Source: Candidatus Buchananbacteria bacterium
Lineage (GTDB): Bacteria; Patescibacteriota; Patescibacteriia; 2-01-FULL-39-33; JBAYJR01
Assembly (NCBI GenBank): GCA_041665005.1
Contig: JBAYJR010000005.1
Span: 16,312-80,311 of the forward strand
DNA length: 64,000 nt
Reading direction: 5' to 3'
Under the pieces are notes generated by a model. It had not been told where the DNA came from. It searched no databases and saw only the letters and a list, made by a program, of their open reading frames with translations. A program made the translations under genes and the position numbers. Below are positions 48,276 to 55,406 of the stretch, piece after piece (position 1 is the stretch's first letter; each line of letters starts with the position of its first letter).

Positions 48276-49055
48276 ATGAGTAGCACATTAAAAATCTTCG
48301 TCGCCTGCTTTTCAGGCGGAATTATCGGCGGTTTGGTTGCTCTGCAACTCCACCCCGAAATTTGGTGGCTTGGTATGGTGGTCGGTTTTTTAACTGGCTA
48401 CCTAACTTATGACTTCAAGCAAGTCATAAGCGCAGTAAAATATGTGGGAAAAAGTTATATACCTGCGTATTTCAGAACCTTACCCATTCGGTATAAATTT
48501 TTTAAATACGCCCTGGTTGCTGTCGCTACTATTTATAACGGTATAATGGCCGGCTGTATAATTATGTATGGCTTAATAGGCTTGGCGGCACCATCCCAGC
48601 CAAAAGTTTTAAAGACTATAATGGAACTTGCAGAGATGGTTATTGCTATGAACTCAGCTCCCTTAATATTGGTAGCCATTTTTTCCTTAGTGGGATCTTT
48701 TCCTCACTTTAGTGAAATTAAAGATGCCAAACGAAGAGCAAAAGAAATTAACCCCATTGCTATCACTAAATCATGTGTCCGGTGGGGATTAAAAATTGCC
48801 CGCAACACCCCAGAATTTTTTAATAAGTGTTTAACATTTATTAAAATTTTCTGCCAAATCATAACAAAAGTTTTCCGGATAATTCATTCGGATAACCGGC
48901 TGATTTGCGGAGTTTATTCCGCAATTGCTGCCAGTATCTGTTTCTTCACCGGCAACGCGTTGATTGGCGCACTGATTGGCGCAGTACTCGGCGTGATCAG
49001 TAAAAAAACAATCGGCTATTGGCTTGCAAAAAACCCGATAGCAATCAAATCCTAA
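48276..49055 (+). CDS. Hypothetical multi-TM protein (array A cassette 1)
   Basis: 259 aa, SD AAGGAGG, Gly-rich TM hairpins at both ends. Confidence 0.8.
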   Translation: MSSTLKIFVACFSGGIIGGLVALQLHPEIWWLGMVVGFLTGYLTYDFKQVISAVKYVGKSYIPAYFRTLPIRYKFFKYALVAVATIYNGIMAGCIIMYGLIGLAAPSQPKVLKTIMELAEMVIAMNSAPLILVAIFSLVGSFPHFSEIKDAKRRAKEINPIAITKSCVRWGLKIARNTPEFFNKCLTFIKIFCQIITKVFRIIHSDNRLICGVYSAIAASICFFTGNALIGALIGAVLGVISKKTIGYWLAKNPIAIKS

Positions 49056-49074
49056 TCTTATTGCAAAATCAACC

Positions 49075-49105
49075 AGCAGATGAACCAAAAATTCATCTGC
49101 TTTTT
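49075..49105 (+). repeat. Hairpin/terminator repeat A, copy 1
   Basis: AGCAGATGAA-ccaaaaa-TTCATCTGCT+TTTT. Confidence 0.9.
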
Positions 49106-49116
49106 ATTTTGAACTA

Positions 49117-49145
49117 TTGACAAAATTCAAAAAGTGTGCTATATA
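49117..49145 (+). promoter_or_regulatory. sigma70-type promoter, array A cassette 2
   Basis: TTGACAAAATTCAAAAAGTGTGCTAT identical to 48180-48205. Confidence 0.75.
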
Positions 49146-49172
49146 TAAACTAAATAATAAGGAGGAAAAACT

Positions 49173-49544
49173 ATGCTATACCTAAAAATATCCATGTGTT
49201 TAGCAGCCGCATTAGTCATTGCTTGTGGTGCAATGCTAGTGGTTATAGGAGTTGGTCTACATACTGGGCTAGATATGACTCAGGTAATAAATGAAAATAT
49301 AATGAGTATTTTTACGTTTATTTTTTGCATTATCACAGGAATCATTTTAGCATTGCTCGACTCCTATCTATTTAAAAAAGGAGCCGTCAAGGATAACCGC
49401 AGGTATTTAATGATTCTGGCAACGCTTGTTTTTTTTGTTGCCAGCGTATTGTCGCTCCGTTATGGTAAAGTTATACCAGTAATTTTAATACTCACGATTA
49501 TTGCTTTAAATGGAGTGGTAATAAAGAGTTGGTTTAAAAAATAG
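49173..49544 (+). CDS. Hypothetical 4-TM protein (array A cassette 2)
   Basis: 123 aa, SD AAGGAGG. Confidence 0.75.
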   Translation: MLYLKISMCLAAALVIACGAMLVVIGVGLHTGLDMTQVINENIMSIFTFIFCIITGIILALLDSYLFKKGAVKDNRRYLMILATLVFFVASVLSLRYGKVIPVILILTIIALNGVVIKSWFKK

Positions 49545-49557
49545 CGCGCAATCCATT

Positions 49558-49588
49558 GCAGATGAACCAAAAATTCATCTGCTTTTTT
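49558..49588 (+). repeat. Hairpin/terminator repeat A, copy 2
   Basis: GCAGATGAACCAAAAATTCATCTGCTTTTTT. Confidence 0.9.
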
Positions 49589-49599
49589 ATTTAATACTC

Positions 49600-49628
49600 T
49601 TGACAAAATTAAAGTACAATGCTATAAA
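49600..49628 (+). promoter_or_regulatory. sigma70-type promoter, array A cassette 3
   Basis: TTGACAAAATT...TGC-TATAAA, 17-nt spacer. Confidence 0.7.
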
Positions 49629-49662
49629 TTTATTAAATCTACAAATAAAAGGAGGGATTAAT

Positions 49663-50049
49663 ATGTTAGAAAGGCCGAGCATTGCTTTAACAGAAGAAGA
49701 ACCCTGGTCCTGGTTAAAAATAATTATTGCATTCACAGTAGTGTTGACCTGTATTTCTTCTTATATCTATGGCGCAGCCGCAAAACTAAGCATGGTTTCT
49801 TTATTACTTGCTCTGGTTTTTATTACCATTAGCTGTGTAATAGACGACCTGAAAAGTATAAAAAGAGGAAACTATGGATTCAGAAGACATTCTATATTTT
49901 CTATAATGTTTTTTGTGTTTGCAATTGTGGCTGGCTATAGAATTAGCGGGATTATTTCCGCAATTATATTTGTTCCTATGATCCCCTATTTTTATGGGCT
50001 CGTTAAGAACAAGTTTATGAACCGGGATATCCGCGAAAACCCCACCTAA
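49663..50049 (+). CDS. Hypothetical 4-TM protein (array A cassette 3)
   Basis: ATG 49663 after AAGGAGG; the ORF-track start at 49600 is the -35 box. Confidence 0.75.
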   Translation: MLERPSIALTEEEPWSWLKIIIAFTVVLTCISSYIYGAAAKLSMVSLLLALVFITISCVIDDLKSIKRGNYGFRRHSIFSIMFFVFAIVAGYRISGIISAIIFVPMIPYFYGLVKNKFMNRDIRENPT

Positions 50050-50057
50050 AAAACAAC

Positions 50058-50088
50058 AGCAGATGAACCAAAAATTCATCTGCTTTTT
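50058..50088 (+). repeat. Hairpin/terminator repeat A, copy 3
   Basis: AGCAGATGAACCAAAAATTCATCTGCTTTTT. Confidence 0.9.
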
Positions 50089-50117
50089 ATTTAATATGGA
50101 AGTGGATTGCTTTTTTA

Positions 50118-50213
50118 TCCCCCTCTCTTAAGGTAAGAGAGGGCTGGGGGTGAGTTATGAGCGATTACATAATTATAACCCCTCCTTGATCCTCCCCTTA
50201 TATTAAGGGGAGA
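50118..50213. repeat. Inverted pair of REP-like palindromes
   Basis: CCCTCTCTT-aaggt-AAGAGAGGG...GGGGGTGAGTTAT and ATAACCCCTCC...CTCCCCTTA-tat-TAAGGGGAG. Confidence 0.6.
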
Positions 50214-50217
50214 AATA

Positions 50218-51246
50218 TTATTTGCCAACAAATTTCCTGTTGTTTCGCTTTTTCCCCGCCAACTGGCCACAGGCTCCGGCCACTTCTGGCCCGTAACTTT
50301 GCCGCACCGTGGCGCGAATTTTATTACGTAGTAAAATTACGGCAAACTTTTTAATTCTCGCTTCGTCGCTTGGTTGATATTTGCCGGTAATATTATAAGG
50401 AATTAAGTTAACCATAAACAAACTTCTTGGTAGCACCGACAATGCTTCGGCCAATCGCCCGGCTTGTTCAGCGCCGTCGTTAAAATCTTTAATCATAATA
50501 TATTCAATCATCACTTTGCGAGTAGTCAGATCTAAATATTCTTTAACCGCCTCTAGCACCATTTCTATACTATATTTTTTATTGATTGGAATTATTTGTG
50601 AGCGCAGTTCATCGGTGGGTGCGTGTAAGGAAATGGCTAAATTTATTTGTCGTGGCTCTTTGGCAAATTTTCTAATCTCGGGTACCAAACCCACAGTGGA
50701 AACGGAAATGTGCCTGGCACCAATATTAAACTTGTCCGCGTCATTAAGCATGGCAATGGCTTTCATCACCTGATCATAATTTAAAAATGGCTCGCCCATG
50801 CCCATAAAGACCACGCTATCAATCCGTTCGTTTTTTTGTTTTAAATATCGGGCGAATAATAAGGCTGGTAAAATAATTTCTTCGGCCGTTAAATTACGTT
50901 TAAAACCCATTTGGCCAGTAGCGCAAAAACTACAACCCAAGGGGCAGCCGATTTGCGAAGATAAACAAACCGTGTTACGTTTTTCGTGTATCATTAACAC
51001 CGCTTCAAATTGATTACCGTCCGCTAACTTAATTAACACCTTGGCGGTGGTTTTGGGTTTATCCCAAAGCCATTTAGCGTCTAGCTCTAACGGAAAATAT
51101 TTGGTTAACTTTTCTTGCAGAGCTTTGGATAAATTTGACGCCTTAGCCCAATCATCAATTAGATTATGAAAAATCGCCGCTTGCACCTGCTGTAAGCGGT
51201 ATTTTGGTTCGTCTTTTAAAATCTCGGGTAATTTAGAGAGGTTCAT
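50218..51246 (-). CDS. rlmN: 23S rRNA (A2503-C2) methyltransferase RlmN
   Basis: CLSSQIGCPLGCSFCATG, FMGMGEP, ISLHA, GACGQL. Confidence 0.95.
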   Translation of the reverse strand: MNLSKLPEILKDEPKYRLQQVQAAIFHNLIDDWAKASNLSKALQEKLTKYFPLELDAKWLWDKPKTTAKVLIKLADGNQFEAVLMIHEKRNTVCLSSQIGCPLGCSFCATGQMGFKRNLTAEEIILPALLFARYLKQKNERIDSVVFMGMGEPFLNYDQVMKAIAMLNDADKFNIGARHISVSTVGLVPEIRKFAKEPRQINLAISLHAPTDELRSQIIPINKKYSIEMVLEAVKEYLDLTTRKVMIEYIMIKDFNDGAEQAGRLAEALSVLPRSLFMVNLIPYNITGKYQPSDEARIKKFAVILLRNKIRATVRQSYGPEVAGACGQLAGKKRNNRKFVGK

Positions 51247-51301
51247 TTAATTAAAAGTGTAAAGTTAAAAGTTATAAAGTAGGAAGTAAATACATATTTA
51301 G

Positions 51302-51685
51302 CTACTTAGTTTTTGAGTTATTTTTTCTAAACTTATACCACCCCACAATAATTGGTAAAATAAAAGTTAAGGCGTAGTAAAAATAAACATCTAATTTATA
51401 ATAATTAGTTGAGCCCAGTAGTTTGACAATACCAAAATAATCCATCGCTACGGCGATGACGGTCCAAATTACACCAACGCCAAAATAGCACATTAATTGT
51501 TCGCGTTCGATTTTTTTAATTAACACCCATAAAGTGACAACTAAACCGAAGGGCATAATTGCCCAACCAAGATACTGTTGCGGGATGAAGGCGTAAAAAA
51601 TAAAGCCGAGAATGTAGCCAAAGAGCCACAGGGCCAAGCCCCATAAAATGTTGTTTAATAAAATCTTTCCTTTGTTGGTTGGCAT
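51302..51685 (-). CDS. Hypothetical 4-TM protein
   Basis: 127 aa hydrophobic, YYKLDVYFYY. Confidence 0.75.
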   Translation of the reverse strand: MPTNKGKILLNNILWGLALWLFGYILGFIFYAFIPQQYLGWAIMPFGLVVTLWVLIKKIEREQLMCYFGVGVIWTVIAVAMDYFGIVKLLGSTNYYKLDVYFYYALTFILPIIVGWYKFRKNNSKTK

Positions 51686-51690
51686 AAAAA

Positions 51691-51730
51691 TAGAGATTAG
51701 AGATAAGAGATAAGAGATATGAGATTAGGG
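51691..51730. repeat. Degenerate heptamer tandem repeat (AGAGATW)
   Basis: agagattagagataagagataagagatatgagattag. Confidence 0.7.
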
Positions 51731-51737
51731 ATTTAAA

Positions 51738-51890
51738 TTATTCAACTTTTTTGGGAATAAAATAAATAAACCAAATTATCCAAACCAACCAAAGTGTATC
51801 TAACCAATCTTTAGTAAAAACTCCTGGTATGCCTAATAAGAATAAAAAACCTAAGAAACCCAAGTACCAATTTTTTTGTAGTTTTTTCAT
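51738..51890 (-). CDS. Small membrane protein
   Basis: MKKLQKNWYLGFLGFL..., ATG 51890; the longer ORF-track start runs through a REP-like element. Confidence 0.6.
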   Translation of the reverse strand: MKKLQKNWYLGFLGFLFLLGIPGVFTKDWLDTLWLVWIIWFIYFIPKKVE

Positions 51891-51912
51891 AGGAGTAAAG
51901 ATTAGAGATAAA

Positions 51913-51953
51913 ATTGCTTCGTCTCCGCCAGCTGGCGGATCCTCGCAATGACA
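51913..51953. repeat. REP-like element with CCGCCAGCTGGCGG palindrome
   Basis: attgcttcgtctccgccagctggcggatcctcgcaatgaca. Confidence 0.6.
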
Positions 51954-51982
51954 TAAAAAGAGAGGTCGGGATGACAAAAAGA

Positions 51983-52711
51983 TTATCTCAAAGTCCAGCC
52001 GCCGTCGACGACGATTACTTGACCGGTGATGTAACTGGATTTGGGTGAAGCTAAAAATACCACCGCGTTAGCAATGTCGGCCGGTTGACCTAAGCGAGCT
52101 AAAGGAATTTGTGATTCGGTTTGTTTAATAACCTCGGGGTCGGCTTTGGCAAAAGCGCCAGGCGTAAAAATGGCGCCGGGGGCAACGGCGTTAACGGTAA
52201 TTTGCTGTGGCGCTAATTCTACGGCTAAAGCGCGGATAAAACCATTCATCCCGGCTTTGGAAGCACAATAATGTGAAAGCGCGGGAAAAGCGACCAAGGA
52301 AGCAATGGAAGAAATAGTAATAATTCGTCCACCATTGGGTAAATATTTAGATGCTTCTTTGCAAGTTAAAAAAGTCCCCTTTAAATTGACATCAATTACC
52401 TTGTCCCAATCTTCTTCGGTCATTTGCGCAAAAGGTTTATACGGATAAATACCAGCGTTATTTACTAAGACATCGATTTGACCTAATTCGGCTTTAACCT
52501 GGCTAAACATCGCTTGGACGGCTTCAGCGTTAGCCACATCGCAAACCACCGCGATGGCTTGGCCGCCCTGGGCTTTAATTTTTTCAATGGTATCTTGGCA
52601 ATCTGCGGCCACTAAATCGGCTGCGGCGACGGTGTAGCCGGCTTCGGCTAAAGCTAAAGCAATTCCTTGACCAATACCTTGTTTGGCACCGGTGACGATG
52701 GCGATGGGCAT
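51983..52711 (-). CDS. SDR family NAD(P)-dependent oxidoreductase (FabG-like)
   Basis: [27 protein letters not shown]. Confidence 0.93.
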   Translation of the reverse strand: MPIAIVTGAKQGIGQGIALALAEAGYTVAAADLVAADCQDTIEKIKAQGGQAIAVVCDVANAEAVQAMFSQVKAELGQIDVLVNNAGIYPYKPFAQMTEEDWDKVIDVNLKGTFLTCKEASKYLPNGGRIITISSIASLVAFPALSHYCASKAGMNGFIRALAVELAPQQITVNAVAPGAIFTPGAFAKADPEVIKQTESQIPLARLGQPADIANAVVFLASPKSSYITGQVIVVDGGWTLR

Positions 52712-52719
52712 AAGATTAT

Positions 52720-52800
52720 GAAGTTAAAAGTTAAAAAGTATAAAGTTGAAAGTAAGGACTAAACGAGGGATAAAGTTAAAAGTTAAAAAGTTTAAAGTAA
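52720..52800. repeat. Degenerate 7-8-mer tandem repeat (AAAGTTA-like)
   Basis: aagttaaaagttaaaaagtataaagttgaaagt...aaagttaaaagttaaaaagtttaaagt; similar tract at 51253-51290. Confidence 0.65.
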
Positions 52801-52871
52801 ATAATACAACTATATTTTCTCACTTTTCGGCTATAATGTCAAAAGAAGAGATTGGCACGTTAATCCGGTTA

Positions 52872-52900
52872 TTGACAAAATTTTAAAAACCAGTTATGCT
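52872..52900 (+). promoter_or_regulatory. sigma70-type promoter, array B cassette 1
   Basis: TTGACA-17-TATGCT; SD AGGAGG upstream of 52939. Confidence 0.7.
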
Positions 52901-52938
52901 GAGTTTGAAAATTATAAAATTTTTAGGAGGAAATCGCA

Positions 52939-53295
52939 ATGACTGCGAAAAAAACCACTTTACAAAAAGAGTTTTTAGAAAAAAAGGTTGGGGAATTTAC
53001 AGTTACTTTTACAAAAAAAATGATTGCCCCAAAAAATACGAGGATACCGTTAACGGTATCCCATGGAAAACGTAAAAACAAAACTCACATAACACTGGGG
53101 CTGATAGTTGCACCCAGGCCAGGAGTTTTTAAGCAAAAAATACTTTGTGGCATGATTGATGAAATCATCGTCACTAAAAAAGCGGAAGTAAGTTTTATTG
53201 TCGCTTTTGCTTTCATTGAACAAGACGGCAACATCGTTAATCGGCAACTACCGATGCGATATGACCAGCTAGTTGCTAAACAATCGAGAAGCTGA
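52939..53295 (+). CDS. Hypothetical basic protein (array B cassette 1)
   Basis: 118 aa, Lys-rich; own promoter, SD and terminator. Confidence 0.75.
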   Translation: MTAKKTTLQKEFLEKKVGEFTVTFTKKMIAPKNTRIPLTVSHGKRKNKTHITLGLIVAPRPGVFKQKILCGMIDEIIVTKKAEVSFIVAFAFIEQDGNIVNRQLPMRYDQLVAKQSRS

Positions 53296-53304
53296 ACATC
53301 TCTA

Positions 53305-53334
53305 AGCCCTAATCAATAAGATTAGGGTTTTTTT
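53305..53334 (+). repeat. Hairpin/terminator repeat B, copy 1
   Basis: CCCTAATC-aataa-GATTAGGG+T7. Confidence 0.9.
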
Positions 53335-53387
53335 ATTTAAATCAATTCCCCTACTTTTTTGTGCTTACAACAATAAAAAACAGATGG

Positions 53388-53416
53388 TTGACATTGATAG
53401 GTAAAAGTGTTAAGGT
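53388..53416 (+). promoter_or_regulatory. sigma70-type promoter, array B cassette 2
   Basis: TTGACA-17-TAAGGT with extended TG. Confidence 0.7.
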
Positions 53417-53448
53417 TTTAATAATTTACAACAAAGGAGGAAAAAATT

Positions 53449-54036
53449 ATGAACACAACTTGGCAGTTTGAAGAACAGGAAAAAAGAGAAAAAGCCGAGG
53501 CGGAATTACTGGCTGAACAAACCATCGCCAAAGAGCAAATAACTAAACTTTGGGAAAAATTTTTAGAGTTGAACAATCAACTAATTCCTAGCTTAAAATT
53601 AACTATTCAAAAAAGAGATTTTGGTTTTATTCTTGGTTATGACGATCCTGGCTATCATAGTTATAGAGATTTAATAGCTATTACTATCTATACGGACGAA
53701 TTACTGAGTAAGCCCGGTAACGAATCATGTATGCAAATATGCGGCGATTACCCGATACGCTACCGGGACAACCTAAAAATGTTTGAAATACAGAACAATG
53801 ACTATCACTCTATGTTTTTCAAACTCGATGATCAAGTCTTAATTGAAGAATTTTTTCGTTTAATCATCTGCAATCCTAGAGGAATAAGTGATCTTATCAA
53901 AAGTAAATGGCAAGAAGCAAAAAGTATTGAAGCGCCTGAAAGCCCTGGTCTTACGCTATATCTTCCGCAAGAACCGGTTAGCCTGTGGGAATCATTCAAA
54001 AATATGATGAATGATTTTTTTAATTTTTTTAAATAA
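53449..54036 (+). CDS. Hypothetical protein (array B cassette 2; paralog of cassettes 3 and 4)
   Basis: 195 aa, SD AAGGAGG; LWEKFLELN; C-terminal amphipathic helix. Confidence 0.8.
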   Translation: MNTTWQFEEQEKREKAEAELLAEQTIAKEQITKLWEKFLELNNQLIPSLKLTIQKRDFGFILGYDDPGYHSYRDLIAITIYTDELLSKPGNESCMQICGDYPIRYRDNLKMFEIQNNDYHSMFFKLDDQVLIEEFFRLIICNPRGISDLIKSKWQEAKSIEAPESPGLTLYLPQEPVSLWESFKNMMNDFFNFFK

Positions 54037-54057
54037 AATTATCCGTCTAAAGAACCC

Positions 54058-54088
54058 AAACCCTAATCAATAAGATTAGGGTTTTTTT
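54058..54088 (+). repeat. Hairpin/terminator repeat B, copy 2
   Basis: AAACCCTAATCAATAAGATTAGGGTTTTTTT. Confidence 0.9.
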
Positions 54089-54135
54089 ATTTAAATCAAC
54101 TCCCCGCCTTTTTGTAGTGTGGCTAAATTAATCGG

Positions 54136-54164
54136 TTGACAGTTACCAAAAATAATGCTATGGT
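54136..54164 (+). promoter_or_regulatory. sigma70-type promoter, array B cassette 3
   Basis: TTGACA-17-TATGGT with extended TG. Confidence 0.7.
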
Positions 54165-54195
54165 GTAAATAATTAAAACCAATGGAGGGACAAAA

Positions 54196-54711
54196 ATGAA
54201 CCAAAGATATAACGACGCCACCAGGTATAAACTTTACAGAATTGAGATACTTTGGAAAAAATTTTTACAACTAAACGAAAAAATGGAACCGGCAAAAAAA
54301 TTGAAGTGCATTAACGAACCTTGTTTCTGGCTAAACGAATTTTCGCCGGAACAACTAATACGAGGAAAGCCGGATTTAAAAAAATTAGATTTTGTTTTAA
54401 AACTAATAAAGCCCAGAAACAACGATGCCGAACCGGCAATCCAGCTAGAAGTGGGGTTTATTAATTACTCAATCTCGAGAAACTGCTACCACTTTGAGAT
54501 TCCCGATCATCCAACGATTTCGCATTATTTTTTCCTGATTGAAAATACCGAGTTTGTTGCCGGATTATTTAATTGTATTGTGGCTGGTGATTTTATAAAC
54601 TTACCAGCACCACCAGTTTTACCAGCCAAGGCCAAGCCAGACAGCCTTTTAACCAAATTTAAATTTTGGCTAAAGGATTATAAGGACTGGCTCAAAAGCA
54701 TACTTTGCTAA
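54196..54711 (+). CDS. Hypothetical protein (array B cassette 3)
   Basis: 171 aa, SD GGAGG; LWKKFLQLN; C-terminal amphipathic helix. Confidence 0.8.
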   Translation: MNQRYNDATRYKLYRIEILWKKFLQLNEKMEPAKKLKCINEPCFWLNEFSPEQLIRGKPDLKKLDFVLKLIKPRNNDAEPAIQLEVGFINYSISRNCYHFEIPDHPTISHYFFLIENTEFVAGLFNCIVAGDFINLPAPPVLPAKAKPDSLLTKFKFWLKDYKDWLKSILC

Positions 54712-54722
54712 TTATGCAAACC

Positions 54723-54752
54723 AAAACCCTAATCAATAAGATTAGGGTTTTT
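54723..54752 (+). repeat. Hairpin/terminator repeat B, copy 3
   Basis: AAAACCCTAATCAATAAGATTAGGGTTTTT. Confidence 0.9.
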
Positions 54753-54770
54753 ATTACATCTAAGATTAGA

Positions 54771-54799
54771 TTGACATTCTTGCCCTAAGTTGTTAAAAT
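54771..54799 (+). promoter_or_regulatory. sigma70-type promoter, array B cassette 4
   Basis: TTGACA-17-TAAAAT with extended TG. Confidence 0.75.
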
Positions 54800-54830
54800 C
54801 TTGATAATTTACAATTGAGGAGGAAAAACG

Positions 54831-55370
54831 ATGGAAATAAGTGCTAAGAGTATTCAAAAACAAAAAGAAAAGGAAGAAATTATTAAGGCCAAACAGAAAG
54901 CCATAAAAGAGGCTATTTTGTGGCTGTGGTCCAGGATTCCGCATTTTTGTGAGCAACTCGACAACTACAAACTGGATGGGGTTTGTCCACCAGGCTATAT
55001 TCAATGTTACATTTGTCGTCAACGATTTGACGTACCTGACTATGCTCTATGGCTGAATATAAGAAATGATACGGGTGGAATATATTATTGTATTGAAATT
55101 GGTGACCGCATTATGCATTTACAAGGATGTATCAAATACGATCCACGAAAAGAAAGGTTTGAGCTCTATTGCTATTATCACCCCAAACATAAAGTACATT
55201 ATTTTAATTTTCAAGATAATGCCTTTATTAAAACCTTAATTGAGGGAATTGCCTTAAACAAAAAAGTTGACGATCTCTATCATGATTTGGATGCGCTAGC
55301 CCCACCCTTGAAAATTTTTGTTTTTTTTAAAAAAATAAAAAAACTTTTTACCAAAAACCCTAATCAATAA
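54831..55370 (+). CDS. Hypothetical protein (array B cassette 4)
   Basis: 179 aa, SD GAGGAGG; stop codon lies in the loop of repeat B copy 4. Confidence 0.8.
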   Translation: MEISAKSIQKQKEKEEIIKAKQKAIKEAILWLWSRIPHFCEQLDNYKLDGVCPPGYIQCYICRQRFDVPDYALWLNIRNDTGGIYYCIEIGDRIMHLQGCIKYDPRKERFELYCYYHPKHKVHYFNFQDNAFIKTLIEGIALNKKVDDLYHDLDALAPPLKIFVFFKKIKKLFTKNPNQ

Positions 55371-55384
55371 GATTAGGGTTTTTT
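55353..55384 (+). repeat. Hairpin/terminator repeat B, copy 4
   Basis: AAAAACCCTAATCAATAAGATTAGGGTTTTTT. Confidence 0.9.
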
Positions 55385-55406
55385 ATTCTATAAAGAAAAC
55401 AAAAAA

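Noticed and set aside
51891-51977. N-terminal extension of ORF 51738-51977 (CHCEDPPAGGDEAI)
   Set aside because: It is the translation of a REP-like palindrome; the likely start is ATG 51890.
53305-55384. Repeats A and B as CRISPR arrays
   Set aside because: Spacing is 480-750 nt with whole genes between copies; no cas genes in the window.
53305-55384. Repeat B as a canonical integron attC site
   Set aside because: Only a 21-nt perfect hairpin, lacking exact AAC/GTT cores, L boxes and extrahelical bases; no integrase; the cassettes carry their own promoters.
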